Notes: generated by a model not told the origin, from the letters alone. DNA of 64,000 bases from Candidatus Wolfebacteria bacterium GW2011_GWB1_47_1 (GCA_001029635.1 CP011209.1:484970-548969), one strand, 5' to 3'; shown: positions 29,660 to 39,482, counted from the first letter of the stretch. Numbers and translations: made by a program.

Positions 29660-30253
29660 ATGAATGTATTCAGGAAAGAACTTCAAGCACTTCTCAAGGC
29701 CGCACGGCGGGAGTCTGCGGTTGGAGGGCGAGCCGCTTTAGATAAGCGGGCTCGCAAGCTTTTCGACATGTACCTCGGAGGAGGGGATATTTATGCGACG
29801 GACGAGTCCGTTTGCGGAGAGCTCCTTCATATAACCGTCGATCCCAAAGGGGTTGCCGTTATGTACCATGTGGGTGGTAGACTCTGGCGCCGGGATGCCG
29901 GCGGTAGGATCTACTACGAGACGTTGGGCGGTCCGGGGAGGTCCTTTAAATTCATGCCGCATTTAGAGGATGATGTTGTTACGGCGGCTGATTTCTTCGC
30001 GGTCGGATTTCCGTATTTGGAAGAACGACTCGCGTTGGTCCCAATGGATGAAGGGACAGTCGCCGTAGTCAAGGGGGACGTTCATCCCATCTTCTCCATT
30101 GACGCCCTCGATCGGGTAACTCCCGACAGCATTCATGACATGCGTATATTCTCGTCCGGAGAACTGGCCGACAAGGTCTGCCTCTTGTTCGAGGAGCTCG
30201 TATCTGACGCAGACGGGGCGTGGGACAGGGTGTTCTACGCCCTCAATTCCTGA
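29660..30253 (+). CDS. Hypothetical protein (orphan; paralog of 30376..31059)
   Basis: GAGGAGG SD, TTGACTTT promoter, downstream hairpin CCCGACAC-CGTAAG-GTGTCGGG. Confidence 0.75.
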   Translation: MNVFRKELQALLKAARRESAVGGRAALDKRARKLFDMYLGGGDIYATDESVCGELLHITVDPKGVAVMYHVGGRLWRRDAGGRIYYETLGGPGRSFKFMPHLEDDVVTAADFFAVGFPYLEERLALVPMDEGTVAVVKGDVHPIFSIDALDRVTPDSIHDMRIFSSGELADKVCLLFEELVSDADGAWDRVFYALNS

Positions 30254-30375
30254 CCTGCGTTGGAAATGTGAACAAACCCCGACACCGTAAGGTGTCGGGC
30301 CTTTTAATTGACTTTACCATCTTTTTATTGCAAGAATAGACCCAGTACTATTTCACGGCATTTCAAGGGAGGGTA

Positions 30376-31059
30376 ATGATGTCGCGCACACAATTAAGAG
30401 ACTTGTTGATTTCGGCTTTGTCGTTCAGTGACAGCAAAGGAGCCAAACTTTGGGAGAAGCATCTTGTCACTGGCTTCGATGCATTTTTGGGCGGAGAGGA
30501 CGTCTTTGACGCCGCCTACAACGATCGACCAGTCGCATACATGCTCGCGACCATAGTTGAGCGTTCATCTGTTCGTTTTGCCATATACTGCGGAGGATCG
30601 TTCCATGCCGATACGATTTTAGCTGACAGGGTCGGTTATGTGATCACCGGCAAGGGTCTTTCCGTTCGCTATCTGCGAGGAGACCATGAGGAGGTCCGGG
30701 GTGAAATAGCCGACGGCTATCATGCGGCACTCGATCATTTTGGAGCTGATGCATTCCGGGAAATGTTCAACAAGATGATTCTTTATAGCGCCATAAATGA
30801 TGCGTCCCTGCTTGATGTCGATCGGGGCGTTGTGGAGAGTATCCTCATAGTTCCGGGTGGTGTTATAAGCGATCCACTACGGCTTGAGGTGCCTCGCGTG
30901 AGTCGCTTGCGGTCTGGAACGTACTACGACCTGCGCAGCTACGATAACCGCGAAGACCTGGTTAACGGTGTCTATGGGGCGTGGACGGCTCTTGTCTCGT
31001 CTCGGGAACAGGACTGGGCTCGGTTTCTCGAGCTTATCCAGCCTGTCTTTGGCGACTAG
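30376..31059 (+). CDS. Hypothetical protein (orphan; paralog of 29660..30253)
   Basis: AAGGGAGG SD; FDAFLGGEDVF vs FDMYLGGGDIY; terminator AGAGGGCGG...CCGCCCTCT. Confidence 0.75.
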   Translation: MMSRTQLRDLLISALSFSDSKGAKLWEKHLVTGFDAFLGGEDVFDAAYNDRPVAYMLATIVERSSVRFAIYCGGSFHADTILADRVGYVITGKGLSVRYLRGDHEEVRGEIADGYHAALDHFGADAFREMFNKMILYSAINDASLLDVDRGVVESILIVPGGVISDPLRLEVPRVSRLRSGTYYDLRSYDNREDLVNGVYGAWTALVSSREQDWARFLELIQPVFGD

Positions 31060-31158
31060 GGCTATATCACTTCAACAGAGAGGGCGGGATATTCCGCCCT
31101 CTTTTTTCTCCTTGAAATAATATTCGGAATGGGTTATTATAAAAACCACGTTGAACAT

Positions 31159-31231
31159 GGTGCCCATAGTTCAGTGGTAGAACGTCGGTTTGTGGTACCG
31201 AAGGTCGAGGGTTCGATACCCTCTGGGCACC
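31159..31231 (+). tRNA. tRNA-His(GTG)
   Basis: G-1 plus GTGCCCA/TGGGCAC stem and C73; TCGGT-TTGTGGT-ACCGA anticodon arm. Confidence 0.95.
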
Positions 31232-31372
31232 CAAGTGATAATTAAATAGGGAATGTCTTGTATTTGAGCCGTAAACTTGGTTCGAGTATATTTTTTTATT
31301 TATGGATAAGTTTATGGTCTATGGCGACGAATTGCGAGAGATGCGCGATGTCTATATAATAAAATTAATACT

Positions 31373-32206
31373 ATGGATAGTTTTAAAAATATAGTCATTA
31401 TCTCGGGTATCTCTGGGACCATTGGAAACGCTCTTTTTCAAGAGTTTGTTTTTGATAAAGATACGCTAATTTTCGGAATTTCTCGGCGCGGGATAAAAAA
31501 CCTTAAAACATTACCCCATTATACTTGCATAGTAGATGTGAATCTTGAGGATAAAAAAGATATCGCAAACTTCTCTAAGAAGGTTTTTAGCCTTAACCCA
31601 GAGAGTATTTCCTATATCCATTGTATTGGTCCCTTTAAGACCGAACTTGATAGGGTTACGCTGCAAAGAAAAATAGAAATAGATGACGATGGTGATGGAC
31701 TTGATGATGAGATATATAAAAATATATTTATTCTGGCAAAAAATATGGCGGTTGGCTTAATAAGCCAAAGACAGAATAGCCCTATCCATTTAAGTTTTGT
31801 AAATATAGGATCATTAGTAGAGAATTATGACATATCTATTTTTAGGTCGTGGACAGGCGTGAGGAGGTTGGTGCGGGAAGAATTTAAACGATTAGCTTCT
31901 GATTTTAAAGATATTTCTTCAATAGATATTGTCGTTTCAAGTATTCTTTCGGTGACTGAGCTGATTGCTCGACCTTATGTTTTGGGGACGGATAATGATC
32001 CGCGATATTGGTTAAAACCGCAAGATTTAGCTAAACGTGTTAAAGCCATTATTCTAAAAAGGAAGGATGGTTTTCGACAATACAAAATATTTCATAAAGC
32101 ACCTGGAGTATCACACGATCGATTTAAGGAGAGTGAAATGGTTAAAAGGCGATTATTTGAGCATTATGGGCTCATAAAGAGTGAACCGCGCAAGAAATTT
32201 AAATGA
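31373..32206 (+). CDS. Atypical SDR-like NAD(P)-binding protein
   Basis: IVIISGISGTIG Rossmann motif, FGISRR, VNIGS; no canonical YxxxK; markedly AT-rich; follows tRNA-His. Confidence 0.6.
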   Translation: MDSFKNIVIISGISGTIGNALFQEFVFDKDTLIFGISRRGIKNLKTLPHYTCIVDVNLEDKKDIANFSKKVFSLNPESISYIHCIGPFKTELDRVTLQRKIEIDDDGDGLDDEIYKNIFILAKNMAVGLISQRQNSPIHLSFVNIGSLVENYDISIFRSWTGVRRLVREEFKRLASDFKDISSIDIVVSSILSVTELIARPYVLGTDNDPRYWLKPQDLAKRVKAIILKRKDGFRQYKIFHKAPGVSHDRFKESEMVKRRLFEHYGLIKSEPRKKFK

Positions 32207-32397
32207 TATTTGCCGGTATAAAAGTAGGAATATAAATACTCGCATCATTCTTCCGCGCAAACACAGTTCGAACATCTTCTACTACGGCACCCCAAGAAAT
32301 GCAAAAAATCCCGTGAGGGATTTTTTGTTGCACGTGGAAGTATGCCGCTTGCTTGTGGTACTATATATTCATAACAATAATTAATCCTTATTATCGT

Positions 32398-32820
32398 ATG
32401 AATACATTTGTATGGTCTCCGGAATATAGCGTTGGCGTGCAGTTGGTAGATGAGCAGCATCAGCATTTTTTCTCCATCGCAAACACGCTTGTGGCGATCT
32501 CTCGAGAAGATGATCCTGATCGGGAGTCGCTGCTTAATTTGTTTGGCGAATTGGGGGATTATGCTCTGTATCATTTAAGCACGGAGGAAAGTTTTTTCAG
32601 AGGATTTGAGTACGAAGATGCCGCGGAGCATGTCGCGGCACACGATGCCTATCGAGAGATGATCGCAAGTCGTTTTACGAACGAGATGCAAAAACCCGAT
32701 GCGGATATGAAAAAACTTGCCGAAGAAATGGCTGTGTATTCTGGCACGTGGCTCCAAGACCATATCTTGGGCATGGATAAAAAATTTACCGCGTTCTTTA
32801 ACGTGCATGGGTTTAAATAA
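32398..32820 (+). CDS. Bacteriohemerythrin
   Basis: WSPEYSVG..VDEQH, HLSTEE, HVAAH, WLQDHILGMD: the di-iron ligand pattern. Confidence 0.92.
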   Translation: MNTFVWSPEYSVGVQLVDEQHQHFFSIANTLVAISREDDPDRESLLNLFGELGDYALYHLSTEESFFRGFEYEDAAEHVAAHDAYREMIASRFTNEMQKPDADMKKLAEEMAVYSGTWLQDHILGMDKKFTAFFNVHGFK

Positions 32821-32929
32821 TTATCAGAACACAACGGCGTATGTATTGCATGCGCCGTTTTGTTTGTGGGTTGCTTGGTGTATACTATTATCTAGAGTTC
32901 AGAATAATCACGTAACCATATCAGAACGT

Positions 32930-33214
32930 ATGAAACGATGGGAATGTCAGAAATGTGGGCATGTTTATAACGGCATGGTGCCGCCGGCGGAATGTCCGAA
33001 CTGCGGATCGCCGCGGGAGCAATTCACGGAATTGGAATTCGAACCGGAGGGGAAGGTGTTTGTCGCCGAGGAGCATATCCCGCAGCATCCAAAGCGCTGG
33101 GAATGTGATAACTGTGGACTTATTGCGTTGAAGGAAGAAGCCCCTGCTGAATGTCCGAGTTGCGGAGCTCCTAAGGAACGGTTTCATCAATTAAACGGCG
33201 AACCAGTCGGATAA
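32930..33214 (+). CDS. Tandem rubredoxin-like domain protein
   Basis: KRWECQKCGH...ECPNCGSP and KRWECDNCGL...ECPSCGAP. Confidence 0.88.
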   Translation: MKRWECQKCGHVYNGMVPPAECPNCGSPREQFTELEFEPEGKVFVAEEHIPQHPKRWECDNCGLIALKEEAPAECPSCGAPKERFHQLNGEPVG

Positions 33215-33283
33215 TATACCTATAATTTGTTCTCTGCGCGTCTGTCTCTATTGGCTGCGATGCGCATATATGATCTGCCATAT

Positions 33284-33472
33284 ATGAAACAATATATTAC
33301 ATGGAGATGCGACCGTTGTAACGCGATTTTCAAATTTGATACCGACATCGCGCCATTGCGTTGCCCAGACTGCCTGTCTCCTAAGGAGCATTTGCATCAG
33401 GAGTCGAATGAATATTTATTTGGTAAAAAAATAAGTGAAGGGGACGCTAATGATTCCCATGCTGTCGAATGA
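33284..33472 (+). CDS. Small rubredoxin-like/zinc-ribbon protein
   Basis: WRCDRCN...APLRCPDCLSPKE, same spacing as the preceding gene. Confidence 0.7.
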   Translation: MKQYITWRCDRCNAIFKFDTDIAPLRCPDCLSPKEHLHQESNEYLFGKKISEGDANDSHAVE

Positions 33473-33586
33473 TCTTATGCGCAACACCACTACCTGTCAT
33501 GGGTGGTGTTGTTGATTTTACGTGTATTTTTTTGTAGCGCGATTGTAGTAGTTTGCAGCATCTCTTTGAGATCTGCGGGAGGATTT

Positions 33587-33772
33587 ATGCGCAAGCGGAG
33601 GCGATCACAAAAATTTACGCATGGCGGAAGAAAGATCGAGCGAGTCGAGTTGATCAGTGTATGAGATAATTTTATCGGAACATGCATTCTGGTCCTTGGG
33701 GTCTGCGTATGTGGATTCGCATATTGTGTCGCGATCATGTTCGGATTAGGGTTTTATTTGTTCGGCGGATAG
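33587..33772 (+). pseudogene. Small membrane-protein ORF interrupted by an in-frame TGA at codon 26
   Basis: GGGAGG SD; MRKRRRSQKFTHGGRKIERVELISV*DNFIGTCILVLGVCVCGFAYCVAIMFGLGFYLFGG; terminator AGGGACGTG...CGCGTCCCT after it. Confidence 0.45.
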
Positions 33773-34054
33773 TATTTTTTTAAGGCTGGGATGGGTCTAG
33801 GGCGAGGGACGTGGCAACGCGTCCCTTTTATGTTTCTAACGAAAAACCCCAGGCGTAAGCTCGTGGGAGTTTTATATACGGTATTATTTTGTACGGGTCC
33901 GTTAGCCGACCGATTCGGCACAGGATGTTTTTACTTAAGTGATATAGTGTGTATTACACGTATAATTCCCCGAAGAACCATTTTTTTATTGGGCAAAATG
34001 GTGTATAATGAGCCATAACACCAGTAATAAATTCAATAAGAATCCATCATTGTC

Positions 34055-36511
34055 ATGAGTAATATTTATATTCGGAAAATGGACCAGGTCGGCATCAAGG
34101 ATGTTGGCGAGGTCGGAGGTAAAAACGCTTCGCTTGGCGAAATGCTGCAGTATTTGGTCCCGCAGGGGGTCAACATCCCGGGCGGTTTTGTGGTCACCGC
34201 AAGCGCATATCGTTATTTTTTGGAAGAAACCGGCTTAAAAGAACTGATCAAAACAACACTGACCGGGTTGAATTCAAAAAACATCCCGCAATTGCAGAAA
34301 AAGTGTAAACTGATTCGTGAGGCCATCAAGAAGGCCGAGTTTCCTGCCGATATGCAAAAGCAGATCGAGGACGCATATCGCGATATGGAGAAGACCTATG
34401 GTAAGAATGTTGACGTTGCCGTGCGTTCATCAGCGACCGCAGAAGACCTTCCTGGCGCATCGTTTGCCGGAGAGCATGAAACGTTCTTAAACATCCGTGG
34501 AGCAAAGGATGTTGCGGTTGCCGTGCGCGCAGCTATGGCATCGCTCTTTACTGATCGAGCGACCAGCTATCGTGTCGATAAGGGATTTGACCACTTTCAA
34601 GTGGCATTATCCGTTGGTGTGCAGAAGATGGTCCGCTCCGATCTTGGTAGTTCGGGTGTCATGTTCTCAATTGATACCGAGTCAGGATTTAAGGATACGG
34701 TTGTGGTTAACGCCGTATGGGGATTAGGAGAAATGATCGTGCAGGGAGAAGTCACGCCTGACGAATTCCTTGTATTTAAGCCGACGTTGAAGACTATGGT
34801 TGGTGGCAAGAATGCAGCCATGAATCCGATCATCGACAAGAAACTTGCCCTAAAAGATGCGAAGATGATCTATGACACGGGCGCAAAGGCCGTGCAGCAG
34901 ACCAAGATCATCAAGACGACTCCAAAGGAGCGCGATTCGTTCGTATTGGGCGATAAGGAAATATTGCAGCTCTCCCAGTGGGGCGTATTGATTGAAGATC
35001 ACTATACCAAGGTACATGGCAAGTGGACTCCGATGGATATGGAATGGGCACGTGACGGAAAGACCGGCGAATTGTTTATTGTGCAGGCTCGACCGGAGAC
35101 CATTCATGCAGAGCGCGATTTCTCCAAGGTGAAGGAATACGTCCTTGAAGAAAAGGCGACTCCTATCGTGACGGGTATTTCTGTTGGTAGTAAGATCGCG
35201 AATGGCAAGGTGCACATGATCATGAGCGTAAAGAATATTACCCAATTCAAACAGGGAGAAGTGCTCGTGACTGACATGACCGACCCTGATTGGGAACCGA
35301 TCATGAAGATCGCTTCGGCAATCGTGACTGACAAGGGTGGGCGCACATCGCACGCTGCGATCGTGTCCCGCGAACTTGGTATCCCGTGTATTGTTGGAAG
35401 TCTTGACGCAACCAAAAAGCTTAAGAGTGGTAAAATGATCACCGTTGATACGACCGGTACCGAAGGATATGTCTACGACGGCGCAGTGAAGTTTAGCGTG
35501 CGCGAGCATGACATCAAGAAGATCGCAAAGCCGAAGACCAAGATCACGATGAACATCGCGACCCCGGATACGGCATTTGAAAAGTCGTTCCTTCCGAATG
35601 ACGGCGTCGGATTGCTTCGCGAAGAATTTATTATCGCAGGATCGATCGGCATTCATCCAAACGCGCTTTTGAACTATAAGAAGCTGCAGGCGCAAGCAAA
35701 GAAGAACGATAAAGTTGCCAAGAAGATCGTCGCTGAGATCGATAAGAAGACCGTTGGCTACGATGATAAGGTGCAATTCTATATTGACAAGCTTTCCTAT
35801 GGTATCGGCAAGATTGGAGCAGCATTCTATCCGAAGCAGGTCATCGTTCGTTTTTCGGACTTTAAGACAAACGAATACCGTACATTAATTGGCGGAGAGC
35901 TTTATGAGCCGAAGGAAGAAAATCCAATGATCGGATGGCGTGGTGCTTCCCGATACTATCATCCGGATTTTTCTGACGCATTTGTGCTTGAGCTAAAGGC
36001 TATCAAGAAGGTGCGTGAAACGATGGGCTTGGATAACGTTCACGTCATGATCCCGTTCTGCCGTACGGTCGAAGAGGGAAAGAAGAACCTTGCGATTATG
36101 GAGGCAAATGGCCTCGGCAAGAAGACTGGCATTAAGACGTACGTTATGTGCGAGATCCCGGCAAACGTCATTCTTGCGGATAAGTTCCTCGACATCTTTG
36201 ACGGTATGAGTATTGGGTCGAATGACTTGACTCAGCTTACGGTGGGCATTGATCGCGACGGAAACGAGAAGATCAAATATATCACCAATGAAAAGGACGA
36301 ATCGGTCAAGGTGCTTATCCAGGATGTCATTAAAAAGTGTCGTGCGCGTGGAAAGTATATCGGCATTTGCGGACAGGCGCCGAGCGACTATCCTGATTTC
36401 GCCCAGTTTCTCGTGGAGGCAGGCATCGAGACTATTTCGCTTAACCCGGATACGGTTGTGAAGACCACGATGGCGATTGCAGAAAAAGAAGCTTCGTTAA
36501 AAAAGAAGTAA
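34055..36511 (+). CDS. ppsA: Phosphoenolpyruvate synthase
   Basis: VGGKNASLGEM, VAVRSSATAEDLP, QARPET, GGRTSHAAIVSRELG, NPMIGWRGA, SIGSNDLTQ, GICGQAPS. Confidence 0.98.
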   Translation: MSNIYIRKMDQVGIKDVGEVGGKNASLGEMLQYLVPQGVNIPGGFVVTASAYRYFLEETGLKELIKTTLTGLNSKNIPQLQKKCKLIREAIKKAEFPADMQKQIEDAYRDMEKTYGKNVDVAVRSSATAEDLPGASFAGEHETFLNIRGAKDVAVAVRAAMASLFTDRATSYRVDKGFDHFQVALSVGVQKMVRSDLGSSGVMFSIDTESGFKDTVVVNAVWGLGEMIVQGEVTPDEFLVFKPTLKTMVGGKNAAMNPIIDKKLALKDAKMIYDTGAKAVQQTKIIKTTPKERDSFVLGDKEILQLSQWGVLIEDHYTKVHGKWTPMDMEWARDGKTGELFIVQARPETIHAERDFSKVKEYVLEEKATPIVTGISVGSKIANGKVHMIMSVKNITQFKQGEVLVTDMTDPDWEPIMKIASAIVTDKGGRTSHAAIVSRELGIPCIVGSLDATKKLKSGKMITVDTTGTEGYVYDGAVKFSVREHDIKKIAKPKTKITMNIATPDTAFEKSFLPNDGVGLLREEFIIAGSIGIHPNALLNYKKLQAQAKKNDKVAKKIVAEIDKKTVGYDDKVQFYIDKLSYGIGKIGAAFYPKQVIVRFSDFKTNEYRTLIGGELYEPKEENPMIGWRGASRYYHPDFSDAFVLELKAIKKVRETMGLDNVHVMIPFCRTVEEGKKNLAIMEANGLGKKTGIKTYVMCEIPANVILADKFLDIFDGMSIGSNDLTQLTVGIDRDGNEKIKYITNEKDESVKVLIQDVIKKCRARGKYIGICGQAPSDYPDFAQFLVEAGIETISLNPDTVVKTTMAIAEKEASLKKK

Positions 36512-36642
36512 GTATAAAAACCGTTCGCTTCGCGAATTACTGCGTTGCGGGTCCCCGGCGCTTCGGTCGTCGTACCAGTAAGTACGCTTTCCTTGCGTCG
36601 CTCCCGCGCCTCGTACTTCATCAAAGTGAACGGTTTTTATAC
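36512..36642 (+). repeat. Structured ~120-bp repeat, copy C
   Basis: GTATAAAAACCGTTCGCTT...TGCGTTGCGGGTCCCCGGCGCTTCGGTCGTCGTACCAGTAAGTACG...CCCGCGCCTC...TTCATCAAAGTGAACGGTTTTTATAC, directly after the ppsA stop. Confidence 0.87.
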
Positions 36643-36685
36643 CTTTCTGCGATTTCTGGTAAAATTATATTTAATCTAGAAAAAC

Positions 36686-36979
36686 GTGATCGACTTTACT
36701 CAAATACTCGCAGTAGTGGCAGGGTTCATGGGGATTCTTATGGGCTTCGCTAACATTCCGCAGGCGCTAAAAATCTATAGGACTCGGAGTGCTAAGGATG
36801 TTTCGGGGCTTACCTACGGCATCCTGTCGGGCGGATATTTTGTGTTGCTATTGTATAGTATTTCGCTCGACAACTTCGCGCTGGTTGTCACGAATCTATT
36901 CGGCCTATTGGGCGTAGGTCTGGTGCTTTCCGGCATCATCCGCTATGAAAAGAAAGGGAAGAGACATCGGGGAATATGA
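36686..36979 (+). CDS. SemiSWEET / PQ-loop family transporter
   Basis: IPQALKIYRTRSAKDVS, three TM helices, conserved N in VVTN. Confidence 0.85.
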   Translation: MIDFTQILAVVAGFMGILMGFANIPQALKIYRTRSAKDVSGLTYGILSGGYFVLLLYSISLDNFALVVTNLFGLLGVGLVLSGIIRYEKKGKRHRGI

Positions 36980-37031
36980 AGGAGAGATAGTTAGTTCTCC
37001 AGAAGGGAAGTTTGTTAGGGTATATAATGCG

Positions 37032-37057
37032 TGTAACGCTTTGTTTTTGAGAACGTA
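37032..37057 (+). promoter_or_regulatory. ECF-type promoter upstream of the ECF sigma gene
   Basis: TGTAAC-16 nt-CGTA resembles the SigW/SigM-type consensus TGAAAC-N16-CGTA; ATG follows 6 nt later. Confidence 0.6.
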
Positions 37058-37063
37058 TACTAT

Positions 37064-37621
37064 ATGAAGAATGACACAATGAATCAGGCTAGTGAACAGT
37101 TTAAAACAATGGCAGCCCGGCTCAAGCGGGGCGATATTGGCGCAGGCGAGGAGGCATTCACTTATTTTAGCCCGCTTTTGTACCGCTTCTTTCTGGCGCG
37201 TCTTACTCATCGGACTATCGCCGAAGATCTGACGCAGGACGTATTTTTTAAGATTATTGCGAAGATTGATACATTTGACGAAGAGAAGGGTAATTTCCCC
37301 GGGTGGATCTGGCAGATTGCGCGCAATACGCTCATCGATCATTATCGGGATAAAAAGGAGATCGCGTTCGCGGATGCCGGCGAGGGCATTGAGGAGATCG
37401 CCTCCGCTGTCGATGATGTCGATCAACGTATGCGCGTGCAGAATATTATGCTTGCGGTGCATCAGCTGAGCGAGGAAGAGCAGGAATTGTTCTCGTTGCG
37501 GTATGTATCAGATGTTTCCTATAAGGATATGAGCGGCATGTTGGGCAGATCGGAATCGGCGTTGCGCGTCGCGGTGCACCGGCTCAACATTAAAGTAAAA
37601 GACATTATCATCGAATCATGA
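37064..37621 (+). CDS. ECF RNA polymerase sigma factor
   Basis: AEDLTQDVFFK...FPGWIWQIARNTLIDHYR; SYKDMSGMLGRSESALRVAVHR. Confidence 0.92.
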   Translation: MKNDTMNQASEQFKTMAARLKRGDIGAGEEAFTYFSPLLYRFFLARLTHRTIAEDLTQDVFFKIIAKIDTFDEEKGNFPGWIWQIARNTLIDHYRDKKEIAFADAGEGIEEIASAVDDVDQRMRVQNIMLAVHQLSEEEQELFSLRYVSDVSYKDMSGMLGRSESALRVAVHRLNIKVKDIIIES

Positions 37622-38502
37622 AAATAGTGGTAGATACAATTAAGGAAGTGCAATCTCGTCGACTATTGAAGCGTTCCTTTGCGCCGCGTGAAGAATTCAT
37701 GAACAACACACGTGAGCTGTTTTTGGCCGAGGTTGCCAAGCGTCGCGTTGCACCGTACGCGCCGCAGCTTGCATGGTATATGTTTGGCATGCGCACGCTG
37801 CGGTATTCTATTGCGTTTGCCGTTATAGCTCTCGTTGGTACGTCGGGGCTTGTCGCTTATGCTGACGGTACGAATGTTGCCGTAGATAGTCCTCTGTATT
37901 CGTTAAAGCGTGTAGGGGAACAGGTTCGTTTGACCGTTGCACCTGCGGCAAAGGAGGTTGAGGTTTATCGGGAATTGGCCGAACGCCGGGCAAATGAATT
38001 CATTCAGATCGAAACAAAAAAGAAGCCAGACAATAGTGATACCCTGGATGCATTACGCAAATTGGAGGATACGGAAAAAGAGCTTCGTTCCGCCTTTCGC
38101 AAAAATATTGAAGCGCTCAATGATTATAGTGATTTGCGTAACACTGTTCCAGCTACTGTTGACTTTGGTCTTTGTCAGGCGGCGCAGCTCGTCGATCGGC
38201 GCGGGGACAATGGCAAGTCGGATCAATACAAGCGATTTGAAGACCAATGCGAACGGCTTATGGGGGATAATTTTAACGATAACCGCGATCGTAGTATGCG
38301 AGCGGGAGGCGATTCGCGTACCACTTCCCCTGTTGATCTAATAGACGATCGTGGAGGGGAAAATAATAATCGTGTAATCGACAATCCATCTGCTCGAACT
38401 TCGGGCAGGGGCGATCCTATTCGTCAGGACGACAGTAAGGATCGTGATCGAGGAGGGAGTAGAACAAACAACCATGATGAGATTCGTGAAGAAAGGGATT
38501 GA
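37618..38502 (+). CDS. Single-TM DUF5667-like protein, probable anti-sigma factor
   Basis: ATGA overlap with the sigma gene; TM then DSPLYSLKRVGEQVRL...LAERRANE; D/R/N-rich tail. Confidence 0.7.
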   Translation: MKIVVDTIKEVQSRRLLKRSFAPREEFMNNTRELFLAEVAKRRVAPYAPQLAWYMFGMRTLRYSIAFAVIALVGTSGLVAYADGTNVAVDSPLYSLKRVGEQVRLTVAPAAKEVEVYRELAERRANEFIQIETKKKPDNSDTLDALRKLEDTEKELRSAFRKNIEALNDYSDLRNTVPATVDFGLCQAAQLVDRRGDNGKSDQYKRFEDQCERLMGDNFNDNRDRSMRAGGDSRTTSPVDLIDDRGGENNNRVIDNPSARTSGRGDPIRQDDSKDRDRGGSRTNNHDEIREERD

Positions 38503-38616
38503 TCTATGTATAAAAACACACACCTATGGTGTGCGTTTTGTTGACGGTTGAGTATCAACTATGGTACATACAAAGAAGCACTATTCAATAATCAAGGTAC
38601 TGCAAGGAGGCTCCTG

Positions 38617-39009
38617 ATGTCTTTTAAGAAAGTGAAGAACAGCTCGCATTTAGATGAATTCCGAAGGCGGGCGCAATTGAAATTGATGCCGCATGCTCCG
38701 ATGATCAGGCTGCATCGAGAGTCGGCGCGATCCCAGTACGGGCATTTGCCCACCATAGAATCGCTCGCAGTCTTGACCCCTCTGGGGCATTACAAGACCA
38801 AGGCACTGGAGCTTGGATGGGACCCGCAGATCATCATGTGTGCCGTCGCTGCTTATTTGACTCAGCATGCCAACAATCACGCGTTCCATAACCAGAACGA
38901 CCAGCCGATCGGCAGTCGTATGTATGAGGCAATGCGGGAAATTATCGGCGAGCGATGCTGCGGGAAGAGGGATCAGATGCGTATCTTCAACGAAACGTTT
39001 ATACTCTAA
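38617..39009 (+). CDS. Hypothetical protein (orphan)
   Basis: AAGGAGG SD before ATG 38617; upstream TTGACG. Confidence 0.65.
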   Translation: MSFKKVKNSSHLDEFRRRAQLKLMPHAPMIRLHRESARSQYGHLPTIESLAVLTPLGHYKTKALELGWDPQIIMCAVAAYLTQHANNHAFHNQNDQPIGSRMYEAMREIIGERCCGKRDQMRIFNETFIL

Positions 39010-39026
39010 CCTAGGAGGAGAGTATT

Positions 39027-39482
39027 ATGTTCAAGCGCAATAATCAGTTCGTCATTTCGCAATCCGATCGACCGGTAGGGTTGTATCGTTTAGTGCGAGA
39101 GCAGTCGCACGCTGTTCTTATTCCCACTGTTCCGCTCGAGTACGTCGTGGCGGATCTTCATCGGCTCATTCGTGAAAACGACGTTGCTCATTTGCAGCTG
39201 ACGTCGTTCGGGGCCCTTCTGGAGTCGATCAAAGCCGTACCGGTAGCACTCGACATTATTGCGTACAAGCTGTTTCTTTATGTCGATACCGATATGAGCT
39301 TCCACCAGTTTTTGGCACACTACGCCCGCGTTCCCGACCGGTGTCCCGCTTGTCAGCGCGCGATCGACCGCTTCGTCATTGATGAGCGGCTCGAGCACAT
39401 CATTGCATGTCAGCGACGTAGCATTCGCTCGGTTGTTGTGGCAGTTGCCAAGGGGTTGGAGCGGCCGCGATCGTCGACCTGA
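39027..39482 (+). CDS. Hypothetical protein (orphan, CxxC)
   Basis: AGGAGGAG SD; RCPAC; terminator AGGGGGGTG...CACCCCCCT. Confidence 0.65.
   Translation: MFKRNNQFVISQSDRPVGLYRLVREQSHAVLIPTVPLEYVVADLHRLIRENDVAHLQLTSFGALLESIKAVPVALDIIAYKLFLYVDTDMSFHQFLAHYARVPDRCPACQRAIDRFVIDERLEHIIACQRRSIRSVVVAVAKGLERPRSST

Noticed and set aside
33662-33664. Genome-wide TGA recoding (code 25/4) or selenocysteine
   Set aside because: Core genes such as mnmA, tyrS, tsaD and rpsR end in TGA and show no internal TGA; no SECIS-like evidence was seen.
34850-35776. Long antisense ORFs (308 aa in ppsA; others in rpoB, rpoC, recR, PIF1, tspO)
   Set aside because: These are shadows of well-supported genes with no motifs or expression signals.
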